Below, piece after piece: positions 52,785 to 64,000 of a DNA stretch of 64,000 bases. The translations under genes were made by a program, and so were the position numbers. The DNA comes from Octopus vulgaris (Eukaryota), in the NCBI GenBank assembly GCA_951406725.2, contig OX597817.1, forward strand, positions 38,564,001 to 38,628,000, read 5' to 3'. Each line of letters begins with the position of its first letter. The first letter of the stretch is position 1. The notes beneath the pieces are model-generated. The model made no database searches. It saw nothing but the letters and a program-made list of their open reading frames with translations, and was not told the origin of the DNA.

Positions 52785-55700
52785 CTGCCGTCCCAGTACA
52801 AAAACAAACAAAAAAAGAGCTAAGCTATATTAAAGAAACTCCTAGTGTCATTTATACTTTTTTCCCCCCTACAACTCTAGCAGGATCAAGCATACTCCAC
52901 CCCGCCAAAAGAAACCTTCTCCTTATGTCGTTTCATTTTCGTTTTACTGTTTTTCATTTCATCAATGACTCTTCTCCATTCAAGCTTTGCCTGCCTTTTA
53001 TCGATTTTGTTCCGTATATTTTCATTGATCATTTTTTCTTTCCTTCACCACAACTACCACCTTCTTTCAATCCCCTCTTCTCTGTCCAGTTTTGATTTGA
53101 CTCCCGTCTCGCTCAACGCACAATCCTTTTTTGATTCCCTACCAGTGTCTTCTTTCTTTTTATTTCATTTCCACTTGCATCCCCACCATCACAGTCTTTC
53201 GCATCATTACTTCCACGCCCTTATTTTTTATGTGTATATTTCATTTTCAATAAGTTATTTAAAGTATTCATGCAAAAATCCCAAATTCGCCTTAGCACGC
53301 CACTTATGTAAACAAACACGCATTGTACTTGTACACACATACACATCGTGTCCTGTTCTGCACTGATCCATTGTCCGGCCATATGTGAATGTCTTGTCAA
53401 AAACGTGTGAGAAAGAATCTATTGTCTTCTAATCCCAGCCCTTGTCGCTGTTGTTTTGGTTGTAATGATTAATTTTGTAGTAGTTGTGGTTGTACTAGGC
53501 CTGTCATGAACGAGCAGACATAATCAAAAGCGTTCGATTCGTGACCATTTCGTATCTATTTTTTCTTTAGATTATAGTATATAAATGTAACATTTATTCA
53601 TTTATTATTGAATACTGCAGGCTCTAATTTGAGGGAAATATGACTGCTATTTCTAATAGCTCCTTGATTTTTTTAGACTTATTTTTATTTATTTGTTTGT
53701 TAAAGTTGATGTGGGGAAGTGGTAATAATAGCTAGTGAGGGTGTTTTTAATTATTTCTCTATCTGTGATAAACCTATTCTAGTTAGTTATAGCTACCGGA
53801 GAGATGGAGAATAAAAGGCCAAGGAAGAAGATTGGGTAAGATGATAGGGGTCTTACGGACAGGATTGCTATTAGAATAGGAGTTTCTTACCACGAAACAT
53901 TGTGGTTGTCAAATTTTGACAGGTTCCAAACTTATCTCTGGTCAGGTGATATTGTTATTTAACCCTAGGTCAGTCCTAGCCAATCAGACCTATGATTAAA
54001 GGCATTCCAGTTACGAACTATCCTTCCCCCTCCCCCCATACAACTCTAAATAAAAAAACATCTGGGTTTTTTATTGGGGGGGGGGTCTTCTTATCAGGTA
54101 GTAGAATGTGATTCAGGGAGATTTGGTTATTTCTACTAGCTTGGCTGACCATATAGAGGTCTCACTCATTGGCTCGTTTGTGGTCTTTCTTTGTCCTTCA
54201 TAGTTTAAGTGTTGGAATAGTAGCTTTCCTAAATAAGACATCCAATACTTGGCCATAGCAATAGATCAGGCGACATGCAAATTTCCTGGTTCAACTACTT
54301 CAGACATTGTAATTAGTATAATTAACCGCTGGTATAATGACCTAATGAGGTGGGGACCTGTATGGTTGTTTGGTTACTAGAAACAATTACTAGATACTCT
54401 TCAAATCATACCCTACTCTCATTAAAAGTAGAGCATATTGGTTATATTATCCATGGTACACCATTCCTGGAAAACAAAAAAGGTGAGATAGTCAAAACTT
54501 GAAATCTTTTAACCATAAGTTTACTTGATAAGGGCCAAGTTGGGAATAAATTGCAAAACGTACAACTAGTAAAATTCCACTCACATCTAGGATGCTTTTT
54601 AAGGAATATTAAATGAACTTTATTATTTGATTGGCATTTATATTCCAGAGGAGATGAAAGCAAAGTTAACTTCAGCACAATTTAAACTGAAAATGTAAAG
54701 GGTTGTAACTACATGCAGCAGGCATTTTAGTTTGACTTTTTAATGATTTTGCCCATCTATCACCAGCAGACTTGTTTCTGAAGACAAGTTAGCACACATC
54801 AGTAGTACTTATTCAATATTTCCTTCCCAAATAAGCTGTGCTCTGTGCAAAGTTGTTTGGAGCATGGACAGTCTTTATATATTCCCAACTTATAGAAGCC
54901 AGGTCCTATAACTATTATATACAACAGTTGTGTAGCCTTTTGACACCAAGCTGTTTGAGACTTCCCAGGTTCTATGACACAAACTTCCTGTTTTAAAGTG
55001 ATCCAAATTAAAACCTACCATCAAAATTTCATGTTAATTTCTGTTCCAAACACTAGCTTAATAATGATAGTCATTTTACTAAATACTTCATTATTTAAAA
55101 ACAAAATTGAAACAAAAGTATTGTGTTTCAACGGAAATATAGTAATGAAAGGTTTGAGCTTTAATTTTTAAAAATTAATAAAAATGAATTTAGTAATTGA
55201 CTAAGTCATAAACACAGTCATAAATGAAGTCATAAAGGAGTATTTATAAGGATAGATATATTGTTTTATTAGTATTTTTGTGCTTTTGAGTTCAAATTTG
55301 TTCAACATTCCCTCAAGCTAAAATTCCATAATATAGATATAGTTGCATGAAAGAGAAATACAATATAAGAAGGAATTTGTCTTACATCTTTTAATAACAA
55401 AAATAGATTTTGGTGTTTTTGAGGTACTTTGATTGGTCTGGTAAATGAGGCAGTTGTAGGTTTTGTGGTTTATTTAATATTTTACTATGTTTTTAAATTT
55501 TTATAGTCTCTGTCTTTTAATAGTAGTTGTAATAGTGTTAGTCCTTGTTGATTTAATATGCTAGAGGCCATAGTTGCTTTAGTATTTGTAGTTATTTCAG
55601 TGAATTTAGTGTCAATTTGGAGTTAACTTGAATATTAATGAAATTATTATTGTTTTCTTTTCTTCTATAAATATCTTATTTATGTGCACATTTAAGTTTA

Positions 55701-56495
55701 ATTTAATTTATTCATATGAAAAGCGTTCTTGTTCCTTTCTACTGGTCTATCTATCTTTATAGACTAAAAGAAGAAGCAGTTAACATATATCTCTTTCATC
55801 ACCATAAAAAAAAAAATGTTTTAATGATGTTAGTATGCTCTTGTGCATTGATGTCAGTCAATGATGGTCTCTTAAAACTGTAGTCATAATATTATTGAAA
55901 GGAGGCTAGTACTGTGGCTATCATCTTGTTGATACTGTTTATTATTGTGGCTATAATTCCATCATTATCATCACCATCAGTTTACATCCGTTTTCCCATC
56001 TTGCAAACATGGGAAAAACACAGACATACAATGATGGTTATATGACCATCATGAAAGGATGATAATAGTCCTTTCTACTGTAGGCACAAGGCCTGAAGTT
56101 TTGGTGGGAGAGAGCTAGTCTATCACATCAACCTCAGTGCTTGAATGCTACTTAATTCATCAACCCTGAAAGGATAACAGGCAAAGATGACTTGTCGGAA
56201 TTTGACTTCAGAACGTAAAGATAGACAAAATGCCGCTAAGCATCTTATCTAGCATACTAGGATGGTGATGATGATAATAATGATAATAATAATAATAATA
56301 TGACTCAAAATAATGATTGTGGTTTTCCTGTGCTTGTTTGGGTTGAGCAAGCTTCTGCATTACAACATCTTGCCAAATGTTGCAGTTTTTTGTCATCTCT
56401 TTTCTGCAGTTCAGCCTTTTGAAATCAGTCTTCATTGCTTCTTGTGTTTACTTTGGTCTTCCTCTTCTACAGGTTCCTTCAACTTGGCATATCTT

Positions 56496-56721
56496 ATTTC
56501 TTTATTGCCCACAAGGGGCTAAACATAGAGGGGACAAACAAGGACAGACAAAGGGATTAAGTCGATTACATCAACCCCAGTGCATAACTGGTACTTTAAT
56601 TTATTGACCCTGAAAGGATGAAAGGCAAAGTCAACCTCAACGAACTCAGAACGTAGCGGCAGACGAAATACCGCTAAGCGTTTCGCCCGGTGTGCTAACG
56701 TTTCTGCCAGCTCACCGCCTT
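56496..56721 (-). mobile_element. Young full-length SINE family A with an 18-bp TSD
   Basis: TSD ttcaacttggcatatctt at 56478-56495 and 56722-56739. CpGs retained in the head. Alternative 3' tail (tttagccccttgtgggcaataaagaaat). Confidence 0.95.
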
Positions 56722-56869
56722 TTCAACTTGGCATATCTTTACCTGTCATTTGTATTGTATATCTGTACCACCACAGCTTTCTTTCTTGCCTACTACATCT
56801 AATCTCTCTTACATCCAGGTTTTGTAGGTTCTTGTGTTGGTGTCTCAGTGAATCACAAATATTGTCCCG

Positions 56870-57560
56870 TTGAATATTGAATTATGTTAGGTGTTGTGAT
56901 GTCACTGATATTGTATTATGCTAGTGTGATGTTAGGGTTATACTATCATGAATGTGGTGTTTGTGTTATGATGTCATTGAAGTATTATTAAGTGTTGTAG
57001 TGTCATTAATGTAGTATTAGTGTTGCGATGTCACAAGTATAGGATTAGTGCTGTAATATCATCAATATGGTATTATTAACATGATGGGCATTCTTTCGGT
57101 TTGACTCAACAATACAATAACAAGAACTCGGTTGTTTCCGTGACCACTCAACAATTCACTTCGGATATCTTCATGACAGCTCCTGTGACAGTTACCAAAA
57201 TGGGAGATATCCGAAGTGAATTGTTGAGTTGTCACAGAAACAACCGAGTTCTTGTTATTGTATCATCGAGTCAAACCGAAAAATGCCTCATGATGTTATT
57301 GGTCGAATATTGGTATTTTGATGTCATTGCATGGTATTAGTGCTGTGATATCATTAGTATGATATCAGTACTATATTGTTAGTGTGGCACTAATATCATG
57401 ACCTAGATGTAACTGTGATGTAGTGGCAATGTGATGTGTACTGCAGAGTTAGTCTTGTCATAATAAGTGTTAGTGGTATGGTGGTGTCAGTTTTGTGGTA
57501 TTATAATCGGTATTATGCTATCAATAGTAGTTTAGTATGATTAGTGTCCCTTTCGACAAC
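56870..57560. repeat. Degenerate ~28-bp tandem repeat (gatgtcattagtgtggtattagtgctgt-like), hosting a MITE
   Basis: Many recurrences of tgatgtca / gtattagtg on both sides of the MITE. Confidence 0.65.
57087..57287. mobile_element. 201-bp foldback MITE with ~85-bp TIRs
   Basis: ggcattctttcggtttgactc..cacttcggatatct / agatatccgaagtg..gagtcaaaccgaaaaatgcc. Flanks acatgatg and tcatgatg (8-bp TSD, 1 mismatch). Confidence 0.9.
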
Positions 57561-57600
57561 AGTGTCAGCAGTACTGTAGTGTCAGTAGTACAGTACTCAC

Positions 57601-57692
57601 TGATACTCTGGTGTTCTTTCAACAGAACTGTTCACAAACACTAAGATGTTATTATCATCTTCAAACGTCACCTTTGTCCTTCTCACCATCAT
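57601..57692 (-). CDS. Candidate first coding exon MMVRRTKVTFEDDNNILVFVNSSVERTPEY(Q/H), phase-2 donor
   Basis: Open frame of non-repetitive codons ending CA|GTGAGT and containing an RVxF-like KVTF. No homology support. Confidence 0.35.
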
Positions 57693-57774
57693 CTTCACCA
57701 CCATCAGTATCATCACTACTGCCTTCAACATCATCATCATCATCATCACTACTACCATAAAAAGCCACAACAAC

Positions 57775-57805
<31 letters not shown>

Positions 57806-58304
57806 TGTTGCATGTGGTGTCTTTGAGAAACAATTGCACCACTGTTTTCCTTCTCCTGCAGGACTTTTTAATTAATTTTTTTTTTTAATACAAAGGTCTA
57901 AGGGAAAGAGAAAACTTAATAGTAGCAGTGGCTTTAATGCTTTTTCCAAAGACTTTCTCTATATAAGTGAGAGTCAAGCCATTTCCGGACTGGGAAATCA
58001 TCAAATGACATGTCAAGGCTCACTAGAAACTTGTTGTCTCAACACCACACTACTCTCTCCTTCCCCAAAAACATGTTTAAATTACAGGCTGTTCATCAAC
58101 AAATGTCCTCTCCTTTAATTACACGTTTGGTCACTCACATTTCTCAAACTTTATTTTTAACAAAAGCTTTGTTGTTGCTGATTTCTTTCACTTTTTCTGA
58201 GAGTTTTTTTCTTATTTTTCATTTTTTTTTTTTTTCAATCCTGGTCTGAATTTTATTTATATATTCACACACACACACACATATTATTTTGGACAAGTCA
58301 GCTT

Positions 58305-58352
58305 CTTGCTACACTGAGTTTCACCAGTAGGTACATGAGGTCTTCAGGCAAG
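58305..58352 (-). ncRNA. Hammerhead-ribozyme-like motif
   Basis: Reverse complement: cttgc CTGAAGA cc..ggt GAAAC tcagt GTA gcaag. Perfect 5-bp stem I, intact core, weak stem II. Confidence 0.55.
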
Positions 58353-58785
58353 TTGTGTGTGTGTGTATTGACAATTGTGGAACGCAACTGTCCCTACATA
58401 AACCTGATGATTGCATAATGCATGATAATGCTTGTTTATTTCAATATTGTAAAATTGTAAAAGTTACAAATAATAAAATGTGAAAATCAGAAAGTTGGAA
58501 TTTCATTAATATATACATACATACATATTCCTTGGTTTTGTGTTTATATTTTCATTTCTCATTGTGTTCGACGTTTTTTGGTGTCCTGTACCCATATATG
58601 CATGTAAATATACATGTAGATGTAGGTACGTACATATATGTATGTTTATATGCATATGCTTTATTTATTAATTTGTTATTACACGACAGAACGCACGCAC
58701 CCATTTCTAAGTAAGTTTGTTCTTAATATACACATATACATATATAGCATGGAAAGCGGACGTTAAACGATGATGATGATGATGA

Positions 58786-58860
<75 letters not shown>

Positions 58861-61800
58861 AAACGACGATGATGATGATGATGATGATATATATATATAT
58901 ATAAAACAAGTTCCTTTCCCTTTCTGTGCTACATAGTGGGACAGAACCCAAAACCATGTGCTTGTGAAGCAAACTCCTTGACCACATAGCCAACTTTGCA
59001 TCGATGTGTATGCATTGCAGAGATAGTATTTGTTACGTTAATGCATACATGAAGTGGTGAAGTTACTGTATTTAAAATGGAGCAATCCAACCCATACTAG
59101 TATCAAAGAAATAACAGAAGCAAAAAAGGTGATGAGGGTGATTGTACAGATGATATGCTCATATTGAATTCATATACACACATAGTCACAGACTTCTACA
59201 TTAATGTTTTCTAATAAGCACAACACACTACATTATTTCTCTAAGGAAGAAGGTTCAAGTTTCAGGCAATGACCAACTTATTTCTTCACTTGATTCAGGA
59301 CATAAACATTATTTTATTTTATTTTGTTGCTGTAATTTTCAAATTAATATCTTCATCATCATGTTAGTTTGGATCAAAGTTCAATGTGTTGTATAGACAC
59401 CACTTTGTCCGCTTGCTCTGCTCTAAATGCTGTCCGAACCACACCAAAACCACCACTATGGTGTTCTTTCATTGAGATTATATTGACGAGAAGAAAAGTA
59501 ACAGATGTCACAGTACACAAGTTATCTTACAACACAAACATTGATATATATGTTTTCAACTTATAATATTTTAGTCAAGGAATGTCTCTCATAAATATTT
59601 ATAAAAAAAAATATTAAAAAAATTTAAATATCTAACTTAAAACATTTCCCCACTCCAGTTTTTTTTTCTTTTCTTTCCTTTTGGTACAATCTATATTTCA
59701 TACTACCATTACATATGAATGGGTGAGATAGGTCTACTGCATGTATGTAATTGAATTCATACAACATATTTTTATACTAGTTTTCTTCGAGATTCAGTTG
59801 TAGGACTATGGCCATGTGGAATGCAGTCCTACACAGTTCAATAGGATTTCATGAGATTTAGTCAGTTGTATCAAACACAGAATTTACTGTATACTAGTAG
59901 TTATTCTATCCAATCTTTTTGCTTATTGAGTGGATAGGTTACTCCTTGATGTAAAGGGGTGCAACATAGTTCACAACTATACATTTAAAGTCTGTCTTCC
60001 ATAATCGTATAGCTTGGACAGTTTAACAAAATCCAGTGCGCTCCAATATCTGGTTTTGGCATGGTCTATGCAGTTGGATACCTTTCCTAATGCCAACCAC
60101 TTTACAGAGTATACTTGGCCCTTTATTCATGGTACAAGCACTAGTGAGGTTGCCAAGTGACTCACAACAAAAAGAAAAAATGCGTATAATATATACGTAT
60201 ATGTGTGTATATATCTCTTACAAGGAAAGGTTAACAGTGACTTCAAAGGTTTGGGTTGCTTGCCTTCATCAGGCTGATGTGTTCAGGTAACAAAGATATT
60301 GGTGATGATGATGATGACGATTATCATCATCATCATCACAATCACAAACACTCACATGTATATATGTTATGTAGGTTTTATATTTTATACACACACACAC
60401 ATACACACACACATGCATGAGTTATCAATACATTCATACATATATAGGTTACAAAACTATTTAGATCAATCTAAATATATAATTGTACACACCTATACTA
60501 AATATAACTGTCAACATGGAGCTTTTATCTGGAGTAGTACAAACACAAATTTAGTAATAAATCCACTTTTAATTATCGAAACCACCTCCACAACCACTAT
60601 CATTTGACATACCATGGTCACTCTTTATCATACCTAGCATACACCCCACCCTTCGAATATACATTCACACATACACATACACTCACACATGCATAAATAT
60701 GTATATGTGGGTATTTATATGTATACCTACACACTCACAGTTGTGTGTGTGTGTGTGTGTGAATGTATGTATATATTGTATCAAGAAAGCTTTGTTTCTA
60801 GGTAACGAGTCTAGTGTATACTCTTAGATTACCATAAGTGTTCCCCTTGACTCTTAAATAACCAAGATAAATTAGTCATAGTGCAACCTATTTCTATGAC
60901 ATAACTAATCTACATCTTGAAATGTGTGACATAACTAATCCCCAATTTTCCTTGAAACTCCTGTGACCTAACTGTTTCTCTGACACTGACGAAGTCCTTA
61001 GTTATGTAAATACTTAAGGCTTACACTCTTAGACAACGACAAGCCGATATCTGCTTTCAAGTGGACTTTCTGCTTAGCATTTACTACATATCACAGCTCT
61101 CCTCCTCCTCCATATTCCTCCCTCCCAACATACATACTCACACACACACGTATGTATGTATGTATGTATGTATGTATGTATGTATGTATGTATGTGTGTA
61201 TGTGTTCATGTATATGTTTGTCATCTATTTTTGTGTATGTATATGCACATGTAAACACAGACACACTTATATACATACAGATGCATGCATTATAAATTGA
61301 CTGCTAAGATTTTAATATAAATTATATTAGACATAAGTACTACTTCTCTCCCCTCTCCTCCTGCATCTGAACCTGGTACTTGTAATGTCACACATGTGTA
61401 TATATGTGTGCATGCATACGTTTTTCACCTGTTGTCATTATTTTTGTTTCTATGTGCATAAAGATTCCTAGTAATTTAGATATTGGGAGGAGGGGAGTAT
61501 TTTGTTGCTTTGTTGCTTTTGCTTTTATTTGCCTAATCCATTGAAATATAGCTGTAGTGTCATTACTATGTGGTTTAGAAGCCTGTTTTGCAACCACGTG
61601 ATTTTGAGTTCAATTTTATTGTGGGCCTTCCATTACAACCCGGATCAATCTTGGTCTTTTGTGTGAAATTGAATTGAAAAAAAATCTATGGCAGCTTGTC
61701 AGACAGGCTATACTTACACCTAAGCCATCGCCCAGTTTACTACCACCATTTGACCCTTATGTATGATCCACCTTATTGCAGGTATTGAAACCAGGTTGCC

Positions 61801-62869
61801 ATTCTGAGAATAAACCATGATTTGTGGTTCCCTCCTCCTTTCCTCCTTCCTCCCTTTATCTTAGAGGCCCCACGGAAAAGTTAAGTGATTGCTACCCTTA
61901 CCCTAAGGTACTGGCATGGCTTTGTATTTATTTAAAAGTTCACTTTTGGTACCATGTAGTCAAGAGTTCAATCCCACTGTGTGGGCATTGTCAGTAATGT
62001 CCTACACAATAGCTGCTGGTCAACCAATTCCTTGTGAGTAAAATTAGTAAACAGAAACTTAAGAAACCTATGATCATGTGTTGTGTGTGCATGTAAGTGT
62101 TTGTGTGCATGTGTCTTTGTGTAAGCTCATACTTCCCCTCATCTTGACATGTTGAATGGTTTTGTAAACAAAAGTCACATTCAAATGCTATTGTTTGCTT
62201 CCAGTTCTTTGTGTAAGTCTGACTGCTTATTGTTTGATTGAATGGGGTGATTTCTACCTCATTCAGAAACAAGTGGGGGTTGGCACCAGGAAGGAGTGTC
62301 CAGTGATAACAAACCAGATTCTGACATAAATCTTTAATCATGACTTGAACTCTAGTCTTAATTCTTCCATCTTCATAGTCTCTTACAATTAAGTGGCTTG
62401 TTTGTTTGTAACTTTCTTATTAATAAAATAAATATAGAAGACAGCTGGAAAGAGGGTACGCACATGTTATATGTAGCCCACATCAATTTCATAGCAATTT
62501 GATTCTTAAAATGTTTTGACTTATGTGCCAAGAGTCGCTCTTGGGTTAATTATATAAGTTTATTTCAATCACGTGTGAAATATTTTAAAGAAAATATCCA
62601 GGAGTTACATTTCTTGTTACTTTTTGTTTCTAAAAATACTTTGCAGGTGATTGAAACAAGAAGCCTTGTTATCTATGTTGCATCACTGATCAGATAACTT
62701 TGCTTCAGCTCAACAACTTTAAAAAGTTTGTTGAAAACAAATAAATTAAAACTAGTAGATTTGCAATGAGGAGTGGAACTCTAATGCTTTCGTTACTTGC
62801 CTTGCTTTGAGCCCTCAAGTCTTGATTGAATTGTAGCAACACTGTTATAGTATTAGGTGTGTCTTGGGC

Positions 62870-63838
62870 ATCAAAACTCGGTAGATGCGCCAGAAAAAGT
62901 GCTTAGTAGCATTTCTACTGACTTTAAATTCTGAGTTTAAATGTCATTAGGGTCAAACTTTGCATTTCATTCTATCGGGGTCACATTGGGATCGGTGTAA
63001 TTGACTTCCACCCTCCCCAACAATTGCTGGCCTTGTGCCAAAATTTGTAACCATTATTAGAACATTAAGTGGTGAGCTATGACTACTTAGTGCATCAGAC
63101 AAAATGCTTAATAGTGTCTCTTACAGCTCTTTTGTTCTGAGTTAAGTTCTGCCTTGGTTGACTTTGCCTTTCTTTCTTTCAGGGGTCAATAAAATAAGTA
63201 ACAGTTTAGCAGAGATCAATGTAATCAACTTACCTTCTCCCTCTAAAAATTGCTGGCCTTCTTCCTAAGGTGACAATACGCCAGAATTGGGAAAATGCTT
63301 TATGGCATTTGGTATTTATTCCTGCTCTTTATGATCTGAGTTCAAATCATGACAAGGTCAACTTTGCTTTTCATCTTTTCAGAGTCTATGAAACAAAGTA
63401 CCAGTCAAGTACTGGTCTTCCATCCAGATTTGAAAACACCATTAACCCTTTCGTTACTGTATTATTTTGAGATGCTCTGTGTTTCTTTCAATTACTTTAA
63501 ATATAACAAAGAATTTAGTAAAATAACTTAGTTATCTTTCAGCTAGTGTTGGGAACATAAATTGTGACTAAGGTTTGGTGGAAGATTTTAATTCAAAACT
63601 TATGAAAACAAGACATTTGTAACTCAGAGCCGGTTTCAGCCTGGTTGGTAACGAAAGGGTTAATACTTCTTAATATGGCAACTTATCAGATTCATTTAGA
63701 GCATCAGAAAAAATCCCTTGCATCATTTGTTCTAGCTATTTATGCTCAGAGTTTTAATCCTGCTGATATAACTGTAACTGACCAATCCCTCTCTTCAAAA
63801 TTGCTAGCCTTCTACCTAAATTGGAATCAATTATTATT
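62870..63838 (+). mobile_element. Stack of four decayed SINE family A copies, with a piggyBac MITE between the third and fourth
   Basis: Core ttctgagtt..actttgc.tttc repeated near 62930, 63135, 63335 and 63745. Confidence 0.75.
63446..63659 (+). mobile_element. piggyBac-type MITE with TTAA TSDs
   Basis: TTAA|CCCTTTCGTTAC .. GTAACGAAAGGG|TTAA, a perfect 12-bp TIR. Decayed relatives at about 24280, 33950, 47150 and 54940. Confidence 0.92.
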
Positions 63839-64000
63839 ACTTCTTCATATAAACAACTGGGTTTGGATTCACTTGTGTCGTGTTCCTGACAATTATATAA
63901 ATGACTTAATGCCACTAATGATTTTATGTAGTACAATTGTCTAGCACAAAAATAATTTGCATTTTTGTTTGTTTTGTTGTTTTATCTTATGTTTTTATCA

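Noticed and set aside
62647-62810. Plus-strand exon after the ttgcag acceptor
   Set aside because: Stops or very short ORFs, and no convincing donor.

Overview
AT-rich, microsatellite-dense, almost entirely non-coding animal genomic DNA. The mix of tRNA-derived SINEs with (TTA)n/(AAC)n/(GAT)n tails and very dense (TA)n/(CA)n tracts suggests an octopus (inference, no database search). No intact protein-coding gene is visible. Well-supported content: a decayed Helitron Rep/PIF1-helicase ORF (1-2458); a 5'-truncated Penelope-like element (PLE) with a hammerhead ribozyme motif and a 79-bp palindrome (2530-3150); mariner D,D34D and DD37D-type fragments; piggyBac, mariner and possibly Merlin-type MITEs; and dozens of SINE copies from about six families, several in head-to-tail stacks. 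Three less obvious layers deserve follow-up. (1) About eight hammerhead-ribozyme-like motifs, including a recurring minimal form with an extra A after the core and a palindromic ACGU stem III, mostly in short elements next to microsatellites. (2) Alternating CpG-retaining and CpG-depleted domains, a likely germline methylation footprint. (3) Up to five minus-strand ATG-to-splice-donor segments that all end in phase 2, possibly alternative first exons of one large gene whose shared exons lie left of the window. All coordinates and alignments were read by eye, so repeat boundaries are approximate.
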